A DNA stretch of 64,000 nt from Magallana gigas. Taxonomy: Eukaryota. The stretch is from contig NC_088861.1 in assembly GCF_963853765.1 (NCBI RefSeq), positions 29,698,001 through 29,762,000 on the forward strand, in the 5' to 3' direction. Position 1 is the first letter of the stretch. Each line of letters begins with the position of its first letter. The notes below the pieces were generated by a model. The model searched no databases, was not told the origin of the DNA, and worked only from the letters and a program-made list of their open reading frames with translations. The translations under genes were made by a program, and so were the position numbers. This document shows, one piece after another, positions 41,832 through 53,431 of the stretch.

Positions 41832-44800
41832 TTACAGATTATACAGACGACAAGTGTTGGACACAGTGATGTGAGCAATGCTGTCCAGAGAGTCATTACG
41901 AATGGTCGCCACGGCAGACGCCACTTCTCCCAGAAACAAAGGACTGTTCTCCAGGATACCTTGTTCCTCTCCAACCAGCACCACATCTGACTCCAGCAGC
42001 AGACGGTCATCTGGAACCGCGCGAAGTCCTTTCATTTGTTGCTCGTCAAAGTCCAAAACTCTTCTGGTAAATCCGAAATAGCAGTTTGGAAAATCTTCCA
42101 GCCATTCTCTAACCATGACCTCCCCACCTTTGAAATTGCAAAGATGGATGTGTTGCTCTGGACTACAATGCCGTCTGACAAGGTCGCGTACTCTTGACCC
42201 CACATCGAAACTGTAAGGGTCTCCATGGGGACCAGTGACCTTCAAAATCATTGGTTGGGCCGGTGTGCTGAGGGTCAGAAGCTGTCTAAATTTCATTTCT
42301 TGTTCCATCCATAGCTCCTTGTCTCCTGATCTATCCAAACCAATGTCGCCGAATGCAGCGTCTGCGCTATTGGTCAGAACACTCACTGCCTCAAACTCTT
42401 CCTGCAGAAGGCCAGGGGCAGCCGAAGCATCGACTCCAAAACAATTCCTCCACCCAGGATAGTTGGGAAAACCTCCCAAGGCAAAGGACTTCGGGTTGCT
42501 ATATACTACAGTGCCACCTATGATGTCAACTGGTACGTTTGGTCGAGCATGAACGGCTAAATTTGACAGCAGTTCAGAGGGATTGATTTCCGAGACATTG
42601 AACATCATACACAAACGTCCGAAGTAGAAATGGCTGTCCATTAAAGATATTCTCTGTGGAAGCCGTGGTTCTTTAAAAGGTATGGGCAACACCTGCCTAT
42701 CAAAGTCTGGAGGAGGTGTTTTTCTACGATACCCCTCCAATTCCTGATGAGACAGGCTGTATTCCTGGTCTCTATATTCAGGGAAATCCCTATCATCATT
42801 GAAAGCAGTGTTAAAATTCCTTGTTTCCTCTTCATACCCTTGATTACCATAGTTAAAATCCTCTTCTAAGCTCCTGCTGGTCTGCTGGACATTTTCGGCT
42901 TTTTTTCCCACCAAATTCAATCCTTTCTGATGGGGATTTTTCACGTCTTCTAGACTTAGACCATTAATAGTGGCTTTAGCAAATGAGGATTTGAACAGCT
43001 TCTGAAAACGGACTGACACATATTTCAAGAGGCCCAGTAGGGCTCTCCAGTGGAGAAGAATAGCTGGACTATTTGGTGGCCAAATGGAAAACTGGTGAGG
43101 TATCTGCAGCCCTTGGTGCTGACATAGAGCCCTCATGCTGACCTCCATGGATGGTGTGATTTTAGCCTCCTGAGGCATGATGTTTTTGCTTCTGAAAAAC
43201 TCCAACAGATCCTCAATATGCGCATCAGGACTAAGTACAAAGGTGGTTAAATTTCGCAGACTTTTCCATCGCATGCTGTGGAGATTAGGATCAGAAATTG
43301 GAAGATCCACATCGAATATTTTTGGGAGGTGAAATTTGTAGGCATGGTCTTTTAAATCCGTTGTCTGAAAACAATTCGGCACAGGACAAGTGGTGAGAGC
43401 ATTAAGTCTCTTAATCTGACGATCGATTCTACGGGCTTCATAATTCTTCTTTATCTTTCTCTGCCCTTTCCTTTCTCTTCTTTTTCTCTTTTTCTGAGCT
43501 ATTCGTCTCCTTTTTCGCACTTGAGAACTGGACAAACCTCTGTTGCGTAAATTTGAGGCAACACTGTTTTGCTGTTCCTCTTCTTCAGTTTCACTGTGAC
43601 TACAAGATGAGACATCCTCGTCTAGATCTTTCTTTGAACCAACTGTTTGAAACAAAGGCTCTTGCTCTACTCCTCCACCTGTTCGACGAGTTTGCTCGTA
43701 ATCAAAAACTCTGATTTGATCAGATCCCATATCTGGATTGATATCATGATATGAATTTGAGCCTCTGCTACTGTGAAAACCTTTAGCCTGATTTTCAAAA
43801 GTTTTAAACCTTGACTCTCTGCTCTCTTCAGTTTGAGAGATACTAAATGACTGAGATGGAAAGGGTGCCATAGTCTGCTGCATATTTTGCCCCCTTTGTT
43901 GCTGCATATTTTGTTGCCCTTGTTGCTGCATATTTTGTTGCCCTTGTTGCTGCATATTTTGTTGGCCTTGTTGCTGTTGCTTTGTGTTCTTTAATAATTC
44001 CCATTCAAATTCCAGCCCCTCTGCATGGAAAAGATTTCGGAATTCCCCTCGCTGAACAGGAGTGATGTACTGCAGCAGACAAGACAGGGCTTTCCAGTGA
44101 AGCAGTAATGCTGGACTGTTGACAGTATGAAGAACAAAAACCTCTGGTTCACTGTATCCATAGTGACGGCAAAACGCCCTGAACGACTCGTCCATTTTGT
44201 CTGAGATGGGCATGCCCTGAGGAAGGACATTCTGGTTCCTTAAAAATCTACACAGGTCATCAAGATTTGAAGTGTTCCCCAGAATAGACATTGTTAATTC
44301 TTTCAAGGCTCGCATGCGCAGTTCATGCAAGGCAGGATTATCCACAGAGAAACTCGTGTTAAAAATTTTTGGGAGGTGACATTTCATCATGTGTTCCTTG
44401 TTACTGCCAACTTTCTCATGGCAATCTGACAAAGAGCACTTTTTATAATTCTTATTCAATGTCTTTGAATTATTCATACTTTGTGACCCATTAGACTGTT
44501 GTGAACTGTTGCCAATATTAGGTTTTCTTGTGTTTTGGATATTGCTTGACAATGTATTCTTCTGCTGAGAGGCCTGTACATGTTCATGCCTTTTGCCAAC
44601 ATACATCGCTTGACTGGTCCCTGATTGGCCAGTTTGTGACCTTTGACTTGCACAGCTGAACACAGGCTGGTGAGAACTTTGAACAGTTGAAGGCTGCATA
44701 GACTGAGATCTTGGTTGGTCTCCTAGATATCCCTGCTGATGACTCTGATAAATGTTGTCTGGCTTCTGTCCCAATAACCCAGTTCTACCTGACGAAATAT

Positions 44801-45353
44801 TTCCTCTTCCTTGCCCCCACTGTGTTTGCTGGAACATCTGACTTCTTTGCCCATGGTTCTGTGGATTAATCCCCAGAATGGCACCACCTTGGCCTTGTAG
44901 ATTAGCCATCACACCTGCACCACCAACTCTTGGAAACCTTGGTGCCTGCTGGTTTGGTCCTCGGTTCATTGTGTTAAAATCTTGTTGACTTGGCTCTGGC
45001 ACAGCATGGGATGGTCTAGTGTATGCAGGAATTCCAGGTCTGGGGTTCTCAAATCTGGTACCATATCCATAGGCTGGTTGGGATGATACTGTGTTTGGTC
45101 CAGGACCTGCATTCAATGAGTTTTGCTGATGGAATCCCAAACTGCCTTGATGTTGATGATAGGCTTGCAGCGATTGGTTAGAATAGGTCATGTGATGCTG
45201 TCCTTGGTTGGGATTAGGAACACTCTGCCTAGAGCTATGATAGGATGGATTCACCACTGAGGCGTTCAGAACACCAACCCTCTTAGAGTTTGGATACTGC
45301 TGTCTCACATTGGGAACACTGTGTGTATATTGCATATAGTTTCTATCCATCAT
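41832..45353 (-). CDS. Intronless 1,173-aa protein: Q/N/G/S-rich disordered region, two Cys2/His2-type repeats, basic tract, C-terminal degenerate TatD-like nuclease fold
   Basis: Uninterrupted 3.5-kb ORF; TatD motifs recognisable as DSHFY, GDIGLDR, IHLCNF, WLEDFPNCYFGF, VPDDRLLLESD, NTCRLY; internal duplication C-x4-C...H-x4-HLPKIF...SPA-LLHW-AL. Confidence 0.85.
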   Translation of the reverse strand: MMDRNYMQYTHSVPNVRQQYPNSKRVGVLNASVVNPSYHSSRQSVPNPNQGQHHMTYSNQSLQAYHQHQGSLGFHQQNSLNAGPGPNTVSSQPAYGYGTRFENPRPGIPAYTRPSHAVPEPSQQDFNTMNRGPNQQAPRFPRVGGAGVMANLQGQGGAILGINPQNHGQRSQMFQQTQWGQGRGNISSGRTGLLGQKPDNIYQSHQQGYLGDQPRSQSMQPSTVQSSHQPVFSCASQRSQTGQSGTSQAMYVGKRHEHVQASQQKNTLSSNIQNTRKPNIGNSSQQSNGSQSMNNSKTLNKNYKKCSLSDCHEKVGSNKEHMMKCHLPKIFNTSFSVDNPALHELRMRALKELTMSILGNTSNLDDLCRFLRNQNVLPQGMPISDKMDESFRAFCRHYGYSEPEVFVLHTVNSPALLLHWKALSCLLQYITPVQRGEFRNLFHAEGLEFEWELLKNTKQQQQGQQNMQQQGQQNMQQQGQQNMQQQRGQNMQQTMAPFPSQSFSISQTEESRESRFKTFENQAKGFHSSRGSNSYHDINPDMGSDQIRVFDYEQTRRTGGGVEQEPLFQTVGSKKDLDEDVSSCSHSETEEEEQQNSVASNLRNRGLSSSQVRKRRRIAQKKRKRRERKGQRKIKKNYEARRIDRQIKRLNALTTCPVPNCFQTTDLKDHAYKFHLPKIFDVDLPISDPNLHSMRWKSLRNLTTFVLSPDAHIEDLLEFFRSKNIMPQEAKITPSMEVSMRALCQHQGLQIPHQFSIWPPNSPAILLHWRALLGLLKYVSVRFQKLFKSSFAKATINGLSLEDVKNPHQKGLNLVGKKAENVQQTSRSLEEDFNYGNQGYEEETRNFNTAFNDDRDFPEYRDQEYSLSHQELEGYRRKTPPPDFDRQVLPIPFKEPRLPQRISLMDSHFYFGRLCMMFNVSEINPSELLSNLAVHARPNVPVDIIGGTVVYSNPKSFALGGFPNYPGWRNCFGVDASAAPGLLQEEFEAVSVLTNSADAAFGDIGLDRSGDKELWMEQEMKFRQLLTLSTPAQPMILKVTGPHGDPYSFDVGSRVRDLVRRHCSPEQHIHLCNFKGGEVMVREWLEDFPNCYFGFTRRVLDFDEQQMKGLRAVPDDRLLLESDVVLVGEEQGILENSPLFLGEVASAVATIRNDSLDSIAHITVSNTCRLYNL

Positions 45354-45499
45354 TATGTCTTTTGATTATTTCACCAATCACCAGTTCTTATTTGCAGAGG
45401 ACAGTAAAATGTTTAAGAATGGCATAAATTTACTTATTGCTCAAAACTGCTTGTTATCAGCTTTTGGTTAATTTAACATTCAGTAGGTAAGAATCCTAC

Positions 45500-45562
45500 C
45501 TTTATCTGTAAAATGTCCCACCGGCTAGTTGGGAAACTTTACTGCTTCTCTCAAATTGATCA
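45500..45562 (-). other. Putative non-coding 5' exon
   Basis: Pyrimidine-rich acceptor cctttttatttttag| and donor AAG|gtagga; 113-nt intron to a candidate acceptor at 45387 ahead of the TatD-like ATG. Confidence 0.5.
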
Positions 45563-46030
45563 CTAAAAATAAAAAGGATGAGAATGAAGTACATGTATCT
45601 GATCTATAGTACCATCATTCCAACATAAAAAAAAAACCACACACACAAAGGAGAAACAGATGTTGCTTGCAATCAATGTTAAATATCACCAGTGAAACTT
45701 CCATCAAGGGATATTAGGATAAGAGACAAAGCACATAATCAGTTTTATCAGTCAATATCAGCCAGTTAATCGAAATATTTTCTCTTGACATTCAAAGCTA
45801 ATATAAAAATAAAAATTTCAATAATAAATAAAAATTCAGCTTATTCAAACATATTCTTGTATAAAATATTTTTTGAAATATAATTCTAGTATAGTGATTA
45901 AATCATGTACAGGCAATTCATCAATTTTTTGGTGTAAATGACCCATAATTTCAGTCCTAGCTTGAATCAACGAAAAAGAAAATGGTCCTGTAAAACACGG
46001 CAACAAATCTAGCCCAGTAAATACACATAC

Positions 46031-46100
46031 CGGCAGAGAGAATATCTTCATTTGAAAGGCACGTACTTGCAACAGAGTTTTCATTTTCATACCTTAAATC
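46031..46100 (-). other. Putative first exon (start approximate)
   Basis: Donor CCG|gtatgt at 46030; CpG dinucleotides become visibly more frequent upstream (>46.3 kb). Confidence 0.35.
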
Positions 46101-49100
46101 TCGTTATTAATAATTTTTTTTTTCTAGTAAATTTTTTAATCGGTAACTCAGTCCCATGTCAAAACGTTATTACACTCTTGTAAAAAAATACTTGGGCTCA
46201 GTTTGATAAATAATTTAATATTATACATTAGATGTTAACTTTTATTTCATATGTTCAATAGTTATCATGGTTATATCATGTAACACATCAAATATTAATA
46301 ACAACAAACTCCATACACCCTATCATAAAAATAATTAAACTTTGCAACTAGATCCTTTACCGCGTATATGGACCCATGCAGGTTCTGCTTTCCATCACTT
46401 TAAGGTGAATTAGAAAAAAAAAACTTTTCATTTTAGAAAGACTGAAATCAATGAAAAAAAATATGTCTTCTACAAGGACATGTTATCTGAAGGTATTGAC
46501 AAAAACGAAAACAATATTCTATAAAACGGATTTACAATGGGAAAACACTCTAGTCTATAACCATTTCAATGAGTTGGATCAAGCAAATTTATATAAAATC
46601 ACACAATTATAGATGTTCCATTTATCTCATACAGTTTGTTTAATATTATGAAGCTTTTGAGACCGCCCCTTTTTTTGACCCGAATGTATTTGTTTCAAAG
46701 ATTAAACTATGATGCAACGTTGTGTTATGCGGTTATTGTGACCATGCGCAATACAATATAGTGTGTCATTTCAGAGATAAATATAACTGATTTAATGTAA
46801 AGTTTTACTAAACTAAATCTTGAAACAATTTTTTATTTTAAAATATTTTTCTTGAAGTTCAATCACTAAATTAAATGAAAATACTGATCAGAACAAGTTT
46901 GAATGTTTCAAAATTTAATCTTACAATTAAGGGTGCAATGATAAACTGTCAGACAGTATATCACGGTAAAAATATGCTATGGTTCAATGTCATGATACAG
47001 TAAGCTATACCGCGGTTCAGTATTTCGATCTGGAATATATTTATCCCTCCGATACGGATTGAAAATATTTTTTTTTTTAAATGGCTTCTGGTTTTGAAAA
47101 ACGTGCTTCGCACTATTTAATTTTGCCCCCTGCTACAGTGCATCTCATAACTCTTCGATATGGTAACATTTTTCGTTTTGTGGGATAAACGAAATTGGTT
47201 AATAACAAAGTTCCCAAATTGAGGGTTTCTACATGCAAGTAGTTTAGTACCTTTTTCAGACGATTTTCCTACGCGGGCATGTTAAGGCTTCCCGATGCGA
47301 CATGTAGAAAGTCACTTGTCTGTACTTCATACGATATGACGTCATAATTAACTTTGACGTCATGATCTGCATTCCTGTCGATAGTTCTCAGGGAATGTAT
47401 CTTAACGTTAAAAGTGAATTATATCAAACCAGTATAATACCGCATGTTTCCTTTATATAGATGCTGCAGTTAATTCTAGACGTACAGAATTCATTCATAT
47501 AAAAAACCAGTATCAAATAATCGGCAGTTTTAAAGCTTCGTTTTAAGTAAAAGACTATTTATAAACTAGTGGTTTGGAAACTCTCCCTGCTACGTGTAAA
47601 CAACTGAATGAAGAAATTTTAATGCATGTAAAACCAGCTTGGCGCAGGTGAAAGATCAACACAATTTTAGAATATTTTACGTAAAATTGGTAGAGAATAT
47701 AAGTACCAATGTGAATCGTGCTGCGGAAACCTACGGATTTACCCCAATTCTGTGTAAATCGCTTTTGATTAGTAAAAATGTGCATTATTTTGATGATTTT
47801 GTGGAATGTTTCAACAATATCTTCTATAAACGAAATATCTATTTCTTTCCCAAGCAAGAACTTCAAAGTTTATGACTTAACAAAGGATTTTTCTTAAAAA
47901 TATGTATGATTTAATGTCATTAATCACCTGCGCCGATGCGTTTTAACTAGATCATTTGCAATATTAGGATTCGCCTGTCACGTGATTATGAATTACATGT
48001 GACGTCACAAAAATGCATCAAATATAATGTTTAACATCGATGTCAATAAATGTAACATAGATTTAAAGAAATACTCCCGGTAAAATTATTTTTGCCATGA
48101 TTCAAATAATATCGTTTTCCAGCCGTATTTTAGCATCGGGACGCCTTAACAATGCTGCGTACAAACAAACGACATGTGTATTGCACCTCGTATAAAACAG
48201 CATTTATCCATACATTTGTCTGTTGTCACAAGAAATTAATGCCACTTTCCTAGATGTGCAAAAAATTAAATTAAAGGTCACCCTAGTCATTAAATATTTT
48301 GTCTTCAGAAAATTCATTACATCTATATAAATAAGAGCATAAATAATTTGATTGTTGTCAGTGTTGAAATAACGATATTGATGCCAACATTATATTTTAC
48401 CTTATGCAGATCATGTTGACATTCTGATATTTATACAGCTGATTAAGAAAAAATATGTGGAAAAAAAATATGTAACTAAAAGCTGGAGATTAAACAATAT
48501 CAAAATATGCGTAATTTGTTTATTTATTATTTTTAAAAGCACATCAAAATCATCACGATACATATCGTATCATATTGTCTGTATCATGATACATATCGTA
48601 TCGTGAGGCAAGTGTTTCGTTGCACCCCTACTTACAATAATATATATATCTAAAAACAAACGATGTTTATAACTGTGCTCATGCTCCCTGAAAAGACTTA
48701 GTGTGTTATAGGAAATTGAACATCACAGATTTTCCAATGCAAACATAAGAGGAAATGTATACACTGAATGTAAATATTTAATACATAATGTATATTTTGT
48801 ATATATTTTTTAGGTGGTGAAAAAATGACGAAACCATACCCTGGTGAGAAATAGTCTTACGCCAGTACACTTTTACCATATTATATTTATTTGCCATAAA
48901 AATTAAATAACAATATTTTTCATGATTTTGGGAAGCTAAAGAGAAGCACACTAAAAAGTCAATATTATCATGATTACTGAACACGATGAACTATATGAAA
49001 GATGGCATTAGCACACACATGTCCAATTTAATGTATAGTTTAAATTGATACATACATTGATTGTTTTTTCCCCAATGACTTTTATGATTTCCCCCCTTTT

Positions 49101-49614
49101 TCCAAGAGTCCCTTTTTAAAAACTCAGAAAATGCACGAGGCCTACTTGCATTGCACGAGTGAGCACTACGAATAAGGGACTAACAAAGTATCTTTCAACA
49201 AAACACAATGCAGCAATTACCACAGTGATATCGCTGATATACACCGGCATCTTATCAACCACAGTCTTTGATAATAACAGATAATTGTAATAAGGGGATA
49301 AACTAGAAATCTACATCTCCGTCTTAGCTTTATCTCTACTTCCGAGAATTTAATAGGTCAAACGCGTCACATTACTGAAATGAAAGTGAAATTAACATGT
49401 CATAAACAATCACTTTACACTTACTTTTAACGATATGCGCAGTATCAAGCTTTATTCCAACAGATACTTAAACACAAGTACTGTTGTTATTTGACCCTTT
49501 CTGCCTTTCGTCATTTTCACATTTCGCACAGAATAGAACAACGATCCCGACTCGTAAAGAAATTCGAGCCCGATTCTATTTAAAACCGATTGGGAATAAG
49601 TACAGGATTCGAAG

Positions 49615-49790
49615 TCGGAGGGGCACCAGTTGTACATGTTGTAGACAGGGGGCCTGGGCCGCCTTTCGTGAGGCCCCAGAGGGTCCAGTGCAAAGTCCAG
49701 GTGGGGATCCTGGCTGCAAAGGCCCAGAAAGCTCCTGGATTCTAGAGAATTTGTAGGGTAAAAACGAAGCCGGTCTCCTGCGAAGTTCAA
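49615..49790. mobile_element. GC-rich non-autonomous DNA element fragment
   Basis: GGGTCCAGTGCAAAGTCCAGGTGGGG...AAGCTCCTGGATTCTA in otherwise AT-rich DNA. Confidence 0.4.
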
Positions 49791-50713
49791 CTTTTTATTT
49801 CTACTCGTGATTATATAATATAACGTTACAGAAAAAATAAACTTAAAATTTCTTCAACAGCTGTTCAAAGTTTGTAGATTTAAGACATGCAGTAAACCCA
49901 TTAAAAGCTTCAGCCTTGCAAACATATGAGAAACAAAGAATTTTATCTTTGTCTAAGGGATGACTGTAAATTAATTGTAAATTAATTTTTTTTTTAAGTT
50001 TAATGGGGAGATGTAAGTGAAAAGTTAAACCATGAAGTCTGTATTATTACAAACATGGAAGAGTGTTAAATACACTAGCTAACTTATATATTGCTCAAAT
50101 ATGGCTGATTAATGGTATCATTTGAACCCATCGGGAGCGTGATAAAATGGGCTTTCTATACGTTATGTACACCACTGAACCCGACGATTTTCTTCCAAAC
50201 TTCACCGTTAAAATCTGTTTAACGAGGCTGGGTTTAATTTGTTCTGCCCTAGATTTTTTAATGAAATTTTTGACATAAATTTCTTCTGAAATAATCATTA
50301 TTTTAAGATGAAAAAACCAGACATTTACCACATCGTTTGTTTATAGAGGGTCATCTCAAAGTTGATTAATTTTTAACATTGGACCCTATGGGATTTTGCT
50401 TGAAATGTATATATTTTGAACATAATGGATTCGTCCACCATTATTGAGACTTACATGCATAGAAGCATTAAATTTTCTATTATCTATTTCGATAATTCAT
50501 TTTTTGAAAATTAAACAATTGGAGTGCGTTTCTATATTCATCAGCAAAAACAACATCGAACTTATATTGGTGATATAAATGTTTATTTCTCTCAAACCAT
50601 ATCAATGGTACATGAGGTATAAAAACAAAAACAATATTTATGTTCAAATGCAAGGTCAAGTTAGGGAGAGTACAGAGTTACTATTATTAATAAATAAATC
50701 GAACTAATATTTT

Positions 50714-51188
50714 TTAAAACAAATATGGACATTTTTTTAATGAATCAATGTCATTGGTAATCATAAGATTCCCAAATTTATAAGTGTTAACATTTGTTAT
50801 ATTTTTCTTCAATTTATTTGTTGTGGAATAAAGAAAATGCCTGGCATTCCGTAACCTAGTGGTATTCCTCACCCAAAGTGTTTTTATTACATATAGTGAA
50901 CAAATTTTATGACATCTTTCTATGTTATTCCATCTTCCAGTTTCAGTTGGTAATTTATGATTACACAGGTTCAAAATTTTGTAAATATGAATCATTTGGA
51001 AGTTTCTTAAGATAAGGTTCCTGTCCAAAGCTTTTCTTTAAAATTCTGTAATTCAAACATTTGGGTGAATTGTCTACATTCCTGAACAATATCTTGTAAA
51101 AACTGATTGATGAGCGTCTCTTTAATTTATCAATAGATTTTGATACTAGTAGAAAAATTTTGAATATTCCGGACATAGGAAAGACCAC
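50714..51188 (-). mobile_element. Decayed 3' fragment of a non-LTR retrotransposon (L2/CR1-group)
   Basis: SPKCLNYRILKKSFGQEPYLKKLP and NHKLPTETGRWNNIERCHKICSL match LINE ORF2 C-terminal motifs; frameshifted. Confidence 0.65.
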
Positions 51189-51303
51189 ATGAGCTAAGAA
51201 TATCTCTTAACATATTTCTACCATGGGTGCATAAACATTTATAAAAATAGCGATACATTACAATGCGTAAGTTTACAATTATCCGCCACTAGAAGTTAAG
51301 ATT

Positions 51304-51340
<37 letters not shown>

Positions 51341-51460
51341 GGTCCCGACCCCACCTGGAAAATGAAAATTTATTAAATTTACATAGTAAAATTATCGCGA
51401 AAATATGCCTCGGACCCCCCCCCCCCCTGGCAAACACAATTATCCTTCGGACCCCCCCCC

Positions 51461-51491
<31 letters not shown>

Positions 51492-51494
51492 ATG
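51304..51494. mobile_element. MITE, TIR CATGCGCGGATC
   Basis: CATGCGCGGATCTAGA...TGGATCCGCGCATG. Confidence 0.8.
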
Positions 51495-51783
51495 ATATTG
51501 ATACAAGAGTATTTTTCAAATACAGTGAATTCCTTTTAGTCGAATGTGGACATCCGGAAGTATTCTTTACCTTTTTATTTTGTTGTATAACTAACAAGAC
51601 ATATTTGTTTTGAAATTATTTTATAACATCAGTGATTAACTTTTCAAATATGTAACTGTAAAAGTTCGAATTTGTTTCTCTACAACAGTAATTTATTTTT
51701 GTTACCCTACCATCATTTTTCATTTACTTTCATATCGATGATGTCTGTTATACATGAAAAAGTTGATTTGAATTTATTTTATT

Positions 51784-53125
51784 TTATTACATACTTAGTT
51801 ATATATAAATACAGGTTTTTTGCATATGTGAACCAGATGACACTACAAAACTTGTATCGGCCTCCGGGGCTGATACAGGTTATCAGCCCTAGGGCTGATA
51901 CGGATCCGTATCACACCTTTTGCGGAACTTCTCTGCCTTTTTTTTCATTTCGGTTTTTTTGAAAAAAATAAAACATTTGTTAAAGTCAACATTTTTAATG
52001 CTGTTGAAAACTTCAAATGCTAGTAAATGTTTTGGAGCAGTAAATTTTAAAAGCTGATGAAATTTCGGTTCTGTTGCTACATGTTTGGTAAAACAATAAG
52101 ATCCCATATTTTTATTTTATACATGTACAGACTACATGTACTTTCAAATAATAATTAAAATCAATTTTTTTAAGTTGATGTTTTTTTTTTTAATTTTATT
52201 ACTAAGTATGTAATAAATATAATTATAGATACCCTTTTTCCATATCACAGCCTGTATCATGCAGCCCTCGACCAATATCATCCCTCAGGCCTTCGGCCCT
52301 CGGGCTGATATTGGAGTCTCAGGCTGATACTGACTGTGATATGGAAAAGGGTGTGTATTATTCTCTAGTATGTATATCTACATAATGGGGTTGGGCACAA
52401 GTTTTCTACTTACTAACGTTTTAAACATTATACATTTATTTCATGATGGTGAGGGAAATATATATAAAGATTTATTCCCCCAGAAAAAAAATCATATTTC
52501 CCTCGGGAAATATGATTTTTTTCAGAAAAAAAATCATATTTCCCTCGGGAAATATGATTTTTTTTCTGGGGGAATAAATCTTATATATAGAGAGAATAAT
52601 ACATACCCTTTTCCATATCACAGCTTGTATCAGCCCGAGACTCCAATATCAGCCCGAGGGCCGAAGGCCCGAGGGTTGATATTGGTCGAGGGCTGATACA
52701 AGCTGTGATATGGAAAAGGGTATCTATTATTATATTTATTACATACTTAGTAATAAATTTAAAAAGAAAACCCATCAACATATTGATTATTCATATCATT
52801 TGAAAAGAGTATGGGCATGTTCATGTATTTAAAAAAAAAGATATGAGTTCTTGTTTTAACAAACATGAAGCTACAGAACGGAATTTCATCAGTTTTCAAC
52901 TGCACTTAAAAATGTAACTGAAAATGTTTTATTTTTCGTCTGTAAACATGCAAAAATGCCGAAGCGAAAAAAGGCAGAGGAGTTCCGCAAGGGGTGCGAT
53001 ACGGATCTGTATCAGCCCTGGAGGGCTGATAACCTGTATCAGCCCCGGAGGCCGATACGGATTTTGTGATGTCATCTGTATCACATGTGCAAAAAAACCT
53101 GTATTTATTACTAAGTATGTAATAA
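51784..53125. mobile_element. Nested palindromic element pair bounded by TTATTAC-N7-GTAATAA sites (possibly Crypton-like)
   Basis: Outer IR ~51784-51950 / ~52960-53125; inner IR ~52196-52370 / ~52585-52756; each arm is itself a hairpin. Confidence 0.65.
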
Positions 53126-53160
53126 ATCGCGATATCATAGGACGGGCTCATAAATTTGAA

Positions 53161-53250
53161 TATGGAACGCCATAGCTGCGTAAAGGCATAATTGTAGCAT
53201 AATGTATGTCAGATGTGGTTTCATTGTTTTAGAATGTCAACAATTTAATT
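53161..53250 (+). mobile_element. Solo terminus related to the foldback TIR
   Basis: TATGGAACGCCATAGCTGCG matches the 30948 terminus; second same-orientation copy at 57645. Confidence 0.6.
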
Positions 53251-53431
53251 ATAAAATTATACCCTTCAAACTCCCGTATTTATATGTCGCTTTGGCATAT
53301 CAAAGACAGGAGCATTATGGATCTAATTCTAATATTAGACTGGAATGTTACATAATACTACATATGTACAATATGCACACTGTAATTTTACTCCTAAATC
53401 TTTATGTCCCTACGAGACCTTCGTAATTTAA

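Noticed and set aside
46900-48650. ORFs 47555..47866 and 47639..47875 and CpG-containing segments
   Set aside because: No recognisable domains; looks like old DNA-transposon debris that I cannot delimit.
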